DNA of 64,000 bases from an uncultured archaeon. Its GTDB lineage: Archaea > Thermoproteota > EX4484-205 > JAAOZP01. The notes beneath the pieces were generated by a model. The model was given only the letters and a program-made list of their open reading frames with translations. It did not search any database and was not told where the DNA came from. A program made the translations under genes and the position numbers. The DNA is taken from assembly GCA_938045545.1 (NCBI GenBank), contig CALIBN010000010.1:46240-110239 (forward strand). The letters run 5' to 3'. Below, piece by piece: positions 20,620 to 31,076 of the stretch; positions within the stretch are counted from its first letter, which is position 1, and the number at the start of each line of letters is the position of its first letter.

Positions 20620-21159
20620 TCAGACAACCTCCAGGCCAAACCGCTGCCTCATAAAGTTAATCGCCTCCTCCTTAGTTATCCTGTGAACCCTGCCTACGCT
20701 GCTCCTCCGGCGCCTCCTATACATGACGCGGAACCCTGGCCTGCAAAGCTTAACGCAAATATCCATGCCTAGCACACCTATCTTAGGATCATACTTAACC
20801 CCTGGAAACTGGATATGCTCTTTTACACCGAAGCTGAAAACTCCGTTCTGGAAGCTGGATGCCTTCACCTTCCTGCCGACAGCTGTGAAAGCCCTCTCGA
20901 GAAACTCTTCAGCCCTACTGCCCCTGAGAGTCACTATTGCAGCAATGGCTTCACGCCTCCTTACGCCGAATTCCTTTATTGTTTTCCTAGCCCTTCTTTC
21001 AGCAGGCTTCATACCGGTTAGGAGCGTTAAAACTTGCTTAGCCTTCTCCAACGGCTCACCAGGCTTCCCCGGAGAAATGTTGACCACGACCTTCTCAATC
21101 ATTATTCTTCTCATAGGATTTCCCTGTTCTCTCTTCTCCTCTAGAACAGTTTCAGCCAA
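20620..21159 (-). CDS. rpl5: 50S ribosomal protein L5 (uL5)
   Basis: [30 protein letters not shown]. Confidence 0.97.
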   Translation of the reverse strand: MAETVLEEKREQGNPMRRIMIEKVVVNISPGKPGEPLEKAKQVLTLLTGMKPAERRARKTIKEFGVRRREAIAAIVTLRGSRAEEFLERAFTAVGRKVKASSFQNGVFSFGVKEHIQFPGVKYDPKIGVLGMDICVKLCRPGFRVMYRRRRRSSVGRVHRITKEEAINFMRQRFGLEVV

Positions 21160-21863
21160 GGCTTATCCCTCCCAACAACCATCACGTAGTCCCTAACCGT
21201 GCTTATCTCACTTCCGTCTCCAAGGGAGAGCTTGACGGCACTATCCCTCAGCAGGCTTGACTCTGAGATTTTTCTAACGGTACCTATGGCACCTGTATGC
21301 TTACCCATGAAAACATACCCGAGAACACCCTCAGAGAGAGGAGCCTTGTCCAGAATAGTTCCCTCCGGAACCTTTACAAGAAGCGAGCCTCCTACGTTCA
21401 GAGACCAATCTTCCGTTTCAAAGGTTCGCCCATCCTCGGTTGCAAGCCTCAGCCTACCCCTGTAAAGATATTTCTTGTTAATCCTGCATATCTTCATGGA
21501 CGCCTCCTCCTGCGGGATTTCAACCGGGATAAGCCTACTCTTCTCGTCGACGAGGACCCGGTAGTGTTTACCCAGCTCCTTCACGCTGACGACATCCATA
21601 AGGCCGACTGGAAACTTGTAGGAAGTCCTCACAACCCCGTCTACAAGAACCATCGAGTGGCTTATCACATACTTCGCCTCCCTACCTGTCTCAGCCATTT
21701 TCAAAATATCTCTGACGAGAACCTGTAACGGCAGGGACATTTCGAGACGGTGTGGACCCGGCTCGGGACGAGTGACGAACTTCTTCTCCTTAACGCTGGA
21801 AACCTGCATGACGGGTGGCGCAGCATACCTCTTTAAACTCTTAGACCCTCCTTTACGAGCCAT
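21141..21863 (-). CDS. rps4e: 30S ribosomal protein S4e
   Basis: PGPH, VDGVVR...FPVGLMDV, GKHTG. Confidence 0.96.
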   Translation of the reverse strand: MARKGGSKSLKRYAAPPVMQVSSVKEKKFVTRPEPGPHRLEMSLPLQVLVRDILKMAETGREAKYVISHSMVLVDGVVRTSYKFPVGLMDVVSVKELGKHYRVLVDEKSRLIPVEIPQEEASMKICRINKKYLYRGRLRLATEDGRTFETEDWSLNVGGSLLVKVPEGTILDKAPLSEGVLGYVFMGKHTGAIGTVRKISESSLLRDSAVKLSLGDGSEISTVRDYVMVVGRDKPWLKLF

Positions 21864-22200
21864 TTTCCGACGCCTCCTTAACGGGCCTACGCTTCCTCTC
21901 TATCGCGCGCCGCCTCCATTCATCCTTATCTTCAACCTTCACAAGTATTACTGAGCTCAACGGTATGGGTATTAAGCGCTGCTCGCCGCGAGCATTCTCA
22001 CGATATACTCCTGAAACATAGACACGGCCCCTCACCCTGTCAACCCTGTTCACATCACCCTCCACACCCTTATAGTCACCCCTGATTATCAGAACCCTGT
22101 CTCCGGCTCTAACAGGCAGGCTTCTGAAACCATACTTGCCTCTGAGCTCACGGCTCAGATGAACGGAGGAAGACCTGTATAACAAGTGTCTCTCGTTCAT
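21853..22200 (-). CDS. rpl24: 50S ribosomal protein L24 (uL24)
   Basis: LSRELRGKYGFRSLPVRAGDRVLIIRGDYKG. Confidence 0.95.
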   Translation of the reverse strand: MNERHLLYRSSSVHLSRELRGKYGFRSLPVRAGDRVLIIRGDYKGVEGDVNRVDRVRGRVYVSGVYRENARGEQRLIPIPLSSVILVKVEDKDEWRRRAIERKRRPVKEASENGS

Positions 22201-22206
22201 TCACCA

Positions 22207-22644
22207 TTACACCACCGACGAGGCTAGTGCTGAAAGCTTAGGCCACAGGTCCACAGCCTCCTTTGCAACAGGGCCCTTAACCTCAGTACCCTTCAGGTCT
22301 CCCTCAGGCGTCATAAGCACAGCAGCATTATCCTCGAAAACAACCCTCAACCCGTCTCTCCTTCTGATCGGGAAACGCTGCCTAACTATTATCGCCTTCA
22401 TAAGCTTGTTCTTAAGGTCGGGAGCCCCCTTTTTAACAGAGACCGTCACCAGGTCGCCAACCTTAGCCGAGGGTAGACGCCTAAGCCGTCCCCCAGACTT
22501 AGCCACTTGAACAATCCTGAGAAGCTTAGCACCAGAGTTGTCAGCGCAGACAAGGTTCGCGCCGACGGGAAGACCTCTAGAGCCTCTTAGCCTATACTCT
22601 AAGATACCCCTTGCAGAAACTGCTCTGGATTTCTTCACGGCCAT
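22207..22644 (-). CDS. rpl14: 50S ribosomal protein L14 (uL14)
   Basis: CADNSGAK, FEDNAAV, GPVAKE. Confidence 0.97.
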   Translation of the reverse strand: MAVKKSRAVSARGILEYRLRGSRGLPVGANLVCADNSGAKLLRIVQVAKSGGRLRRLPSAKVGDLVTVSVKKGAPDLKNKLMKAIIVRQRFPIRRRDGLRVVFEDNAAVLMTPEGDLKGTEVKGPVAKEAVDLWPKLSALASSVV

Positions 22645-22645
22645 G

Positions 22646-22969
22646 CTACTTCACCTTGCCCAGCACCACGAAGTGCACAGTTTTGCTCAAAGGCCTGCTC
22701 TCACCTATTATAACTCTATCCCCAGTCCTGGCAGCGATGCACGGAGGATTGTGAGAAGGTATTCTGCTTCTCTTCCTCATGTAACGCTTATACTTCGGAA
22801 CATACTGGAGATACTCCCTCATGACGATCACCGTGTTCCTCATCCTGTCCGAGACGACAACACCCTCTAGCACACTCCCCCTAATCCTCACGCCCCCGTG
22901 AAACGGACACTTCTTGTCACTGCACTTTGTTTCAGGAGGAGAAACCTTAAGCTCCTTGAGAAAACTCAT
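22646..22969 (-). CDS. rps17: 30S ribosomal protein S17 (uS17)
   Basis: CPFHG, KYKRY, ESRPLSKT. Confidence 0.97.
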   Translation of the reverse strand: MSFLKELKVSPPETKCSDKKCPFHGGVRIRGSVLEGVVVSDRMRNTVIVMREYLQYVPKYKRYMRKRSRIPSHNPPCIAARTGDRVIIGESRPLSKTVHFVVLGKVK

Positions 22970-23235
22970 GGGTCAACCCTCCAGGTTCTTTCCTCGGGCC
23001 TGAAAGCAATCGATGCCCCGTTAATAGCAACCTCCGTGCCGCCAAGTTTGAAAAAGAACCTCTTATTATGCTTAGGTATTGTTAGACGCCTGCCTCTTCC
23101 AGATATTATGGTGAAAGTATTCTTCGTCTCCCAGACAACCATGCCTGAAGCAACAGTTGAGCCACTGCTCAAATCCACGACCCTAACCTGCAGACCGTTC
23201 AGCTCATGGTATGCAAGGTTACTTGGAGTCCTCAC
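22966..23235 (-). CDS. rnp1: RNase P protein subunit Rpp29/POP4
   Basis: HELNGL, ETKNT, RPEER; canonical position between rpl29 and rps17. Confidence 0.9.
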   Translation of the reverse strand: MRTPSNLAYHELNGLQVRVVDLSSGSTVASGMVVWETKNTFTIISGRGRRLTIPKHNKRFFFKLGGTEVAINGASIAFRPEERTWRVDP

Positions 23236-23438
23236 TTGCCCTCCTCCTCCTTCTCAACAGTAAGTATTCTCGCGATCGCTCTCTTCAACTCCCTTACTAT
23301 TCTAGTGTTCTCCTCTAGCCCTGAGGCAGTCCTCATCCTCGCCATCATAAGCTCGTTTCTAAGCTCCTGGAGCCTCTTAAGCCGTTCCTCTCTAGACATC
23401 GACCTTATTTCACTCGCCTTTAGCCTCGCCAACTTCAA
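23232..23438 (-). CDS. rpl29: 50S ribosomal protein L29 (uL29)
   Basis: EIRSMS, ELRNEL, KRAIARILT. Confidence 0.95.
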   Translation of the reverse strand: MKLARLKASEIRSMSREERLKRLQELRNELMMARMRTASGLEENTRIVRELKRAIARILTVEKEEEGK

Positions 23439-24060
23439 CGACCTCCTTCGGAACCTCTATTATTTGAACCTCATCTGGGAAGGATGCTTTACGGAGAATC
23501 TTAACCTTAACCCCTATCAGGCCCTGCGGCAAAAGAACGCTCGCCTTCCCGGTTTTCACATGCTTAATAGCCGGATCCCCGGCTGCAGGCAGATAGCCGT
23601 ACGTAAACTTTTCAAACCTGCTTCTGTCAGTCGCCAGCTTACCGGCTATCCTTATCTCGCACCCGACGGCTCCGGCTGCAACTATCCTGCGTAGAGCAAC
23701 CCTGGCAGCCCTACGGTATTTAACACCCCGCTCCAGAGCCCTGCATATCATTTGCGCAACCAGCTGGGGCTCAAGATCAGGGTTCTCAACCTCAGCCACG
23801 TTAACCTGGGGGTTCTCAAGCCCAAAATTTTTCTGGAGGGCGTTTTGAAGCTCCCTTATGCTCCTCCCGTCCGGTCCTATCACTGCACCTGGTTTACTAG
23901 TGTATATTGTGACCACGAGGCCCATTGGGACATTCATCAGCTTAACGCCATTATAACCGGCCTCCTTCAAATACTCTCTTAGGAAATCATCAATTTTCTG
24001 GTGTAGCTTCCCGAACTCGAGAACCCTCCTGTAGAAAATCGCTTTCCGCCGTGCCGACAT
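23410..24060 (-). CDS. rps3: 30S ribosomal protein S3 (uS3)
   Basis: KH domain PGAVIGPDGRSI, GAVGCEIRIAGKL, GLIGVKVKI; start at ATG 24060. Confidence 0.96.
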   Translation of the reverse strand: MSARRKAIFYRRVLEFGKLHQKIDDFLREYLKEAGYNGVKLMNVPMGLVVTIYTSKPGAVIGPDGRSIRELQNALQKNFGLENPQVNVAEVENPDLEPQLVAQMICRALERGVKYRRAARVALRRIVAAGAVGCEIRIAGKLATDRSRFEKFTYGYLPAAGDPAIKHVKTGKASVLLPQGLIGVKVKILRKASFPDEVQIIEVPKEVVEVGEAKGE

Positions 24061-24061
24061 T

Positions 24062-24538
24062 TCAACCAGCCTCCTCCACAGCCAGGGCCTCAACGTGAGT
24101 AAGGGTTTCAAACCTTGGCGTAGCCCTTCCGAAGGCCCTGGGAATATACCTTTTCAGCTTCCTACCGCGGTGTACGACGATGCCAGTTATCTTCATCCTC
24201 TCCGGCGATAATCCTTTAAACTCAGCATTAGCCTCGAGCTGCGACAGCAGCCTGAGGAAGAACCTGGCTGCCTTAACGGGATACCTCCCGGAGTCGGCCT
24301 TTAAAACCCCCCGTCTATGGGGAACCTTCTTCCTATACCTTTTAAAGGGTACAGGGAGCCTTTTCTCTGCAACCGCCTCCAGCCTCTCCCTGGCCTCCGG
24401 GATCCTTAAACCTTTTATAGCTCTTGCCAGTTCAACCGAGTGTTTAGGAGAGATTCTAACCTCTCTAAGGCTGGCCTTAGCCGAACGGGCCCTGTCCACC
24501 TCCACCAGACTGTATTTGAAGCTTGGCAAACTTAACAC
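24062..24538 (-). CDS. rpl22: 50S ribosomal protein L22 (uL22)
   Basis: ISPKHS, GRYPVKAA, PRAFGRAT. Confidence 0.96.
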   Translation of the reverse strand: MLSLPSFKYSLVEVDRARSAKASLREVRISPKHSVELARAIKGLRIPEARERLEAVAEKRLPVPFKRYRKKVPHRRGVLKADSGRYPVKAARFFLRLLSQLEANAEFKGLSPERMKITGIVVHRGRKLKRYIPRAFGRATPRFETLTHVEALAVEEAG

Positions 24539-24644
24539 CCTTTGGCTCGCGGGAGCAGGACAGCAATATGTACCAACTATTAAATATTTTGCCCGTTATA
24601 GGCAATACTTAAATCCTAGGATAAAGTAGCTTTAGCGATAGAAA

Positions 24645-24875
24645 ATGAGCAAGGAGGCGGCTGAAGCCGAGCCCAGCATACGCAGAGCAGTGAACGTGGA
24701 TAAGCTTGAAAGGACTCCTGAAGGATACGTTGCGCACGTCAAGTCGCTTGAAGGACTTCGAAAAATCGCTACAATATTGAAGAAACCAATGGTGTCAGTT
24801 AAGGAAAGTGGAGAATACCTGGTGATAGACGACAGGATAACGTATATTTGGAAAGAGCAGCCTAAGAAGCAATAA
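24645..24875 (+). CDS. small hypothetical protein on the opposite strand between rps19 and rpl22
   Basis: 76 aa ATG-started ORF with protein-like composition and an AT-rich upstream box. Confidence 0.65.
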   Translation: MSKEAAEAEPSIRRAVNVDKLERTPEGYVAHVKSLEGLRKIATILKKPMVSVKESGEYLVIDDRITYIWKEQPKKQ

Positions 24876-24907
24876 GGCGTGCCACTTACCCCAATTTGCA
24901 TTTTTTC

Positions 24908-25318
24908 TTATTTCAACGGCACGTAGGTAGAGGCCTTGCTCGCTCCAACCCCGGGCTTGCCGTGGACAACCCTCTTATTGGTTATCGCGAACTCGCCCAG
25001 ATAGTGTCCAACCTTGTCTAGAGTAATTTCAACAGGTATGAAGTCCTTACCATTGTGAACCTCAATGGTTAACCCAACCATCTCCGGGAGAATAGGCATA
25101 TCCCTCCTGTGTGTCCTTATTCTCTTAGGCTGAACCCCTGTCTGAGCCATCTCAGCCTTAACCCTCCTAATCTTTTCAAGAAGCTTTCGAGTCTCGGGGT
25201 GAAGCCCCCTCCTGAGGCTCCTCCTAATCCTGGCTGGAAGAAGCCTCATCAACTCGTTCATCGAAAGACTGTTCAGCTCCTCCAGAGTCCTTCCCCGGTA
25301 TGCTTGAACCGTAGGCAT
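24908..25318 (-). CDS. rps19: 30S ribosomal protein S19 (uS19)
   Basis: [36 protein letters not shown]. Confidence 0.97.
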   Translation of the reverse strand: MPTVQAYRGRTLEELNSLSMNELMRLLPARIRRSLRRGLHPETRKLLEKIRRVKAEMAQTGVQPKRIRTHRRDMPILPEMVGLTIEVHNGKDFIPVEITLDKVGHYLGEFAITNKRVVHGKPGVGASKASTYVPLK

Positions 25319-25389
25319 CCTCAACTATTCGGCGATTAAGGCTATATAACCCTTTTCCCCTATCCCAGCGCAAAGATCTAGGTAGAGTT

Positions 25390-25833
25390 TCACAGCTTGC
25401 GGAGGAGTATTCCATGGAATATGGTTCCCGATGCAGAAGGCATAGCCCCTCTTATTTTAGCGGCCTCCACCATTCTTCGCACCATTTTTTCAACCTCAAC
25501 CGGGCCGTTACGCAAGAAAATGCGGCAGCCAGCCTCGCCAGCTAGGAAAACATCCGGATGCTTACGCACTATAGCCGGAATATTCGTGTAGAGGTCGATG
25601 ATTATTCCTTGCGCCGCACGCGAAAGCATCTTCTCAAAAACATCACCTGACATGAAGATAACAGTCTTGCAAGCGTACCTCAGGACCTCCAGAACTCTCT
25701 GTAGCGTGGAAACACGTGTCTCGCATCCAAGCCGTGGAGAGAATAGGCCCGCTGGAAGTAGCAATATCATTGTGGCAAACCACGAGGTTAATAGGCAGCC
25801 TTGCGAAAACACTGAAGACATGCTGTCGACCTC
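25390..25833 (-). pseudogene. degenerate C-terminal fragment of a uroporphyrinogen decarboxylase/MtaA-family protein
   Basis: VIFMSG..., FLAGEAGCRIF..GPVEVEKMV pattern resembles the URO-D C-terminus; no credible start. Confidence 0.45.
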
Positions 25834-25910
25834 GGCGTGCTAGCGCGCCGTGGCTTTGAAAGCGAGCATTCCACCACAGTAGGTTTAAATCTTCCGACTA
25901 TGTTTAAACA

Positions 25911-26711
25911 ATGAGGGAAATGAGGGGGAGGTTCACTATTTACGAGCAGCCTGAGCTTAGAGAGCCCCTGCTCATACTCGGGTTCAGAGGGTGGGCTGAC
26001 GCTGGAAGAATATCAAGCGGATGCGTAGGCTACTTGGTGAGAAAACTGGGGGCAAGAAGGTTTGGCGAAATGGTTCCAGACGATTTCTACATTCTTCAAA
26101 ACTCTCGGCCATTAGGATGGATTGAAGAGGGCATTATAAGAAGGATAGAGTGGCCCTCTACAGAATTATTCTACTATAAGAATAGTCTTGGAGGAAATGA
26201 TTTGATACTCCTGCTTGCCGACGAGCCTAATTTCAAGCCTAACGAATACGCTGAGGAAATTGTTAATTTAGCAATCTCTTACAAGGTGGGGAGAATATAC
26301 GTGATTGGCGGAGTAATTGCTCCAGAGGCTTCGCCCACAGGGGAACAGCAGGTGGAAGCAGTTGTCGGAGATCCCGGGTTGAAAGCCGAGTTGAAAAAAT
26401 ACGGGATAGGATACGTGACATATGGGAGCAGTAGGCAGCTCGCGCCAGTAGGCATCCACTCGCTTCTCGTGCTCGCCTGCCAGAGAAAAGGTATTGACGT
26501 GGTAAGCCTATGGGGGCGTGCTCCACCCTTTGCCAACATATATCCTAAAAGCATTCACGCAGTCCTTGAGAAACTGGTTGAAATGTTGAAAATAGACCTT
26601 GACCTTGAGGATATTGAAAAGACCAGTAGAGACTACGAAAGGTTGATGGAGGAGGCAGCCAGACAACAGGAATCAAGCGAGAGTAGAAGGCAGCCAGAGT
26701 ATTTCTATTGA
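25911..26711 (+). CDS. PAC2 family (proteasome assembly chaperone) protein
   Basis: LGFRGWADAG, DDFY..RP, IEWP..ELFY, VSLWGRAP. Confidence 0.85.
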   Translation: MREMRGRFTIYEQPELREPLLILGFRGWADAGRISSGCVGYLVRKLGARRFGEMVPDDFYILQNSRPLGWIEEGIIRRIEWPSTELFYYKNSLGGNDLILLLADEPNFKPNEYAEEIVNLAISYKVGRIYVIGGVIAPEASPTGEQQVEAVVGDPGLKAELKKYGIGYVTYGSSRQLAPVGIHSLLVLACQRKGIDVVSLWGRAPPFANIYPKSIHAVLEKLVEMLKIDLDLEDIEKTSRDYERLMEEAARQQESSESRRQPEYFY

Positions 26712-27244
26712 GAAAACTTTTTCAGCAGCCTTCAACTGCCCAATAACCTTTTAACAATTAAATTACAATTAAAAAGTAGCTTTCTTAACAGTAAGGAGAG
26801 CCTTAACATAAGACCAAACAGAAAAATGCCGCAAAGCTTCTTAGCAACCAGGTATTCAAGCCTACCTTTAACAACCTCGTGCTCCCCACCCCCCGACCAG
26901 TATTGGGTAGCTAATGAAAACCTCTGTGAAGCCGTTTAATGCACTACTTCAAAATAGTCCTCAACACTATTCCCTCGTGCGAGATAAGTAACAGTCGCGT
27001 CAAAAGGAATGGTTTACAGCCCATTCCCTTCAACAGGTCAAAAAAACCTCTCTACCTCCTCAGCCTTCAAATGGTTCTTGGGCCCACCCATGTGTAGCTT
27101 TATTGTATTTATTGTAACAACCTCGTTTTCGAAAGGCATTTCAATCCTTAAAGCCTCAAGGAAATATTTGTCCAAACCTTGGAAAAAAGGAAACCGGTCT
27201 GTATAGTGCTGCAAGACGTTTCTCCAAGGTAGCGTTGCTAGCGC

Positions 27245-28042
27245 CTATCCTTCGATTTCTGTTGCGCTTGGTTCGTTCTCATAGGCTGTTTGCCACTGCA
27301 CGTGACCCGTGTAGCTTATTGTAGTACTGCCTAAGTTCCCTATGACAAGCGTGTGGTAGTGGTACCGATTGTACGGCGGATACAGTGAAATGCTTGCATG
27401 GCCTCCGTATACTAGTGTGCCATGGGCGGTTCCAGGATCGACATTATAGTCAATTACACCAATGAATAATGGTCCGTTAGAAGGCGACCAGTCTACTATT
27501 ACGTTGACACGCACAAGGGTATAGCCACCATACTCGTCTCCATATCCCGGCGCCAAAGTGCCTCCTATATCGAATGTTATGATCGCATCTATACTTGCAT
27601 CAGCTAACTCAAACACTTCCCATATGATGGGGCGTTTGTAGCCCCCCTCGTACTCCACGTATCCACTGTATACTCCAAATTTTAAAGACGCTATGGGTTC
27701 TCCAGGCTTCAAAGAATCTATGTGAAACGAAAGTTTAACCGGTTTTGGAGGATTTAATGCTGACCGTTCCTTCAGCAGTTTTCTAACTTCATTCGGCATA
27801 CCTCCAATTATTTTAAAGGTTATGAAATACTTGGATGATGGAGTACGGAGGATATTATTTCTGATAACCGTTGGGTTAATGGCACGCTTTTCGATAAGCA
27901 GTTCTCTCGCGTTGCCCGAGGACAGTTTTCCTCTGGATACTGGGAGTGTAATTATTTCAGGGGGGTTTGCATAGATAATTAAGATGCTAGATAACATTGT
28001 TAGAATTATTAATAGTTGCAATAACTTTAACTTCCCCACCAT
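27245..28042 (-). CDS. secreted hypothetical protein
   Basis: 265 aa, signal-peptide-like N-terminus, beta-rich Gly/Tyr C-terminal half. Confidence 0.7.
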   Translation of the reverse strand: MVGKLKLLQLLIILTMLSSILIIYANPPEIITLPVSRGKLSSGNARELLIEKRAINPTVIRNNILRTPSSKYFITFKIIGGMPNEVRKLLKERSALNPPKPVKLSFHIDSLKPGEPIASLKFGVYSGYVEYEGGYKRPIIWEVFELADASIDAIITFDIGGTLAPGYGDEYGGYTLVRVNVIVDWSPSNGPLFIGVIDYNVDPGTAHGTLVYGGHASISLYPPYNRYHYHTLVIGNLGSTTISYTGHVQWQTAYENEPSATEIEG

Positions 28043-28567
28043 ACTCCCACCGTGCTATTAATGAGTCAATATCACTTATAAATTTTTTTTAAAAGTTGTA
28101 AAAAATGCTGCTGATTTAAACATATGTTCAGAAAAAATACTCTATCAAAAGTAGACTTAAATAGAGTGAGAATAAAAAAGCGAATACATTTATGCCGGGA
28201 CTGAGAAAACAACCCCGATGTGGATCTAGCCGGAGAGTTCAGCAATATCCGCAATAAGTCAACGAACTCGCTTCTCCCTGGCATTTAATGGTATCGCTCC
28301 CTTTCAACTTCTTTAAGCAATTTTTCTGCCTAGTTCCGCAATAACCACCTTTAGGTAGCTGAATTCCCCTAGTGCGCCAGTTCCACACCCATTTTTAATT
28401 TTGATCATTACCTTTTCCTCTGTAACTCCTCCCAAGTGATCAATCATCTTACAATTTACTTTTTGATTCTAATTCTATAATCTTTTTTCTATCAATAGCT
28501 TCTAAGCACATTTTATCAATAATATGTCACGTGCTCAAATCCAAGCACTCCCACCTTTTTTATGCTT

Positions 28568-29617
28568 TTATTGGCTTATTACCCACGTGTTCCCCATGCT
28601 ATCGGCAGGCAAATATTTTTTCTGTCTAGGTTTAAAGGCTAGTAAAGCAATTCCTGCGATTGTCATGATGAGGCCTATGCTTGCCATGACGCTGCCAATT
28701 ATCTTCCCCCCGAAGATTGTTGAGACAGTTGTTTTCTCCTGCCATTCTAGTGCCGCATGGATAATTATTTTTTCATCTACATCTTTTAAAGGGTTTTCAA
28801 CGACGAAGCATACGCTGAACGCTGAGCCCACCTGGTCTTCTGTTAGCGAGATGTTGAAGCTTGAAGAGTTGACGTTCTCCTGCTCAAGTATGACAGTGTA
28901 GTTTTTGCCAGCAAGCCAATTCCAATAGTTAGGATACGTCATAACGTAGAAGTTGAACCTGTTTCCATTCATCTCCGTAGCGTTGCCCCTGAGCCTGAAA
29001 TCCTTGGCCTCTTCGATTAAAACCTGAGGGGGTGAAGCCACGTAGTCGGTGCAATCTGTTCTCGAAGATCTCTCAATCCAGCTGATCGTTGAGTCAACGA
29101 AGACCGTTGGCTCTACTCCCGGCTCATGTTCCTCAACGACAAAATAGATCGCGTCGGGCAGGTTTTCCTTCAAGGCTATTGAGAAGTTGATGCTAACTGA
29201 GGTTTTACCCTTCTCCTCGAAGTAAGCCTTGTAGGATAAGCCTGCTTTCCATAGGTCGAAGTTAACACGGTCGAAAACGTAGAAGTTGAAAGGCTTCTGG
29301 GGGGATGATTGTTCAACTGCATTCACTGTTATCACGAAGCCCCTTTCCTCCCCGGAGAAAGGAGGCGTGGCCCCCCAGCATGCCTCGTACTTCAAGGGGG
29401 TTTCCACTCTGAGAACCTTTTCGACAAGTTTCTCGCTGACAGTTTTCCATCCGGCTGAAACACTTAGGGTTTCCCCTTCAACCAGTGTTCGGCTTCTAGG
29501 CTCCCAACCGACATCTGCCGGAACAATTATCGCGGTGAAGACCCCAACTGCGAACAGTATTAAACCCGCTATAAACGCTATTTTTTGAATAGGATTAGTC
29601 AAATTCCACTCGATCAT
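28568..29617 (-). CDS. membrane protein with N- and C-terminal TM helices and two repeated beta domains
   Basis: Internal repeat FNFYVFDRVNFDLW..G..Y / FNFYVMTYPNYWNW..G..Y and IYFVVE / VCFVVE. Confidence 0.7.
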   Translation of the reverse strand: MIEWNLTNPIQKIAFIAGLILFAVGVFTAIIVPADVGWEPRSRTLVEGETLSVSAGWKTVSEKLVEKVLRVETPLKYEACWGATPPFSGEERGFVITVNAVEQSSPQKPFNFYVFDRVNFDLWKAGLSYKAYFEEKGKTSVSINFSIALKENLPDAIYFVVEEHEPGVEPTVFVDSTISWIERSSRTDCTDYVASPPQVLIEEAKDFRLRGNATEMNGNRFNFYVMTYPNYWNWLAGKNYTVILEQENVNSSSFNISLTEDQVGSAFSVCFVVENPLKDVDEKIIIHAALEWQEKTTVSTIFGGKIIGSVMASIGLIMTIAGIALLAFKPRQKKYLPADSMGNTWVISQ

Positions 29618-29744
29618 GTTTAAAGTCTCGATATAAATTTTTCTCGGCCGCATTAAAGTATTCAACGCTTTCGAAGAACACATTGCGTAATAAAGGTGAA
29701 CAACTGGAAGAAGATCCCCAGCGAGGAAACTTTGGTACACTTGT

Positions 29745-30491
29745 TTATGCCTCTAGTTCCCCGATCTTCCCGAGGAAGACCAAGTCTAAGCTATATGCTT
29801 CAGCCTCCTGAAGATTTACCGAGCCTGTTTTCAAGAAGCCCCTCAGCTCCTCGGATATTCTCTCAGGATTGTTAACTATGAGTTTCCCAATGTTCTCGTT
29901 GAAAGCCGGCATTAAAAGTATTTCAACAGCGTTTTTTAGCAAGGCCTTAACCCAGACAGGTATCACATACCTGTAGCCGAGATCATCGAGAAGCTCTACA
30001 GCCGGGTGGAAATGCCCGACTACGACTCTCCTAACATTGTCCCAACCTTTCTTTTCGAGAATAGTGTCAACTCTCTTATGACCATGCGTGAAGAGAACAC
30101 CATTAGCCAATAATCCGTCAGGATCCATTAGCTCAACCCCCTCCGGCAGGACAGCATAAAGATCCCCGTCGTGGTTCCCGGGAACAATCCCAACCCATTC
30201 AAACCTGCTAACTATTATTCGCATGAACTCTGGGATCTCCATCCACTCAAGCCCTCGAGGGCCGTATACAGTGTGCTTCAAGTCTCCAAGGATTAAGAGC
30301 CGACTAGCAGACGTTTTCTCAGCAAGGCTTAAGATGCGCGTAAGGATCCTCTTGGTTAGGCTCGGAAGCTTGATTCCCTTAAGCCTTATCTCACCCTCAT
30401 AACCTATATGCGTATCTGCAATAACTAGTGTTTCTCCGGCAAGTAGAGCCGGCTCGCCTTTAATAAGCTTAAATCCTCTTCCCGCGTTCAA
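29745..30491 (-). CDS. calcineurin-like metallophosphoesterase (archaeal ICC-like)
   Basis: ADTHIG, LGDLKH, PGNHD, THGH, GHFHP, MPAFN. Confidence 0.9.
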   Translation of the reverse strand: MNAGRGFKLIKGEPALLAGETLVIADTHIGYEGEIRLKGIKLPSLTKRILTRILSLAEKTSASRLLILGDLKHTVYGPRGLEWMEIPEFMRIIVSRFEWVGIVPGNHDGDLYAVLPEGVELMDPDGLLANGVLFTHGHKRVDTILEKKGWDNVRRVVVGHFHPAVELLDDLGYRYVIPVWVKALLKNAVEILLMPAFNENIGKLIVNNPERISEELRGFLKTGSVNLQEAEAYSLDLVFLGKIGELEA

Positions 30492-30510
30492 GACCAAGGT
30501 AATAAGCGGG

Positions 30511-30921
30511 ATGATTGAAGATAAGGATAGCGTTGACAAGATGCCTGAGGAGATAGCTAGGCTTCTTAAGACTCAGGGTATGACACGTGAGTGCGAGGAG
30601 AAGATCATAAGTGCTTTCGGTGAAAGAGGCAGAAGAGCCTTGAAGACAGTTGTTTCAAAAAGGGTGAAGAAGTACGTTCTTCAGCCTTCGAACAGGATTA
30701 GGTGGATTATCGTTGGCAGGGAGGAGGAGTACCTCGTTATCCCGCTGGTGAAGTATTGTTCTTGCCGCGATTTCTTCTATTACATAATGAACGGAGAAGC
30801 ATACGCCTGCTATCACCTTCTGGCGCAAATAATTGCTGAGTTCTCGGGATTATATGACGAAGTAAGAGAATTAGACGAGGTCTATGATAGGGTTATTGCT
30901 TCAAGGCTCTTCATATACTAG
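30511..30921 (+). CDS. SWIM zinc finger protein
   Basis: CSCRDF...CYH. Confidence 0.8.
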   Translation: MIEDKDSVDKMPEEIARLLKTQGMTRECEEKIISAFGERGRRALKTVVSKRVKKYVLQPSNRIRWIIVGREEEYLVIPLVKYCSCRDFFYYIMNGEAYACYHLLAQIIAEFSGLYDEVRELDEVYDRVIASRLFIY

Positions 30922-31076
30922 AGCCTACAGCTTGAAGAGACTCTCGTGGCTCAGATTAATAACTAACCTAGCACTTTTCAACAACTATTGAAAAAACTGT
31001 TACTATTGCGAGGCGAGTGAAGGATCAATGGGCTGGAGAAGAAGACCCCATGAATGGTTTCAAGAGTATTCATATA

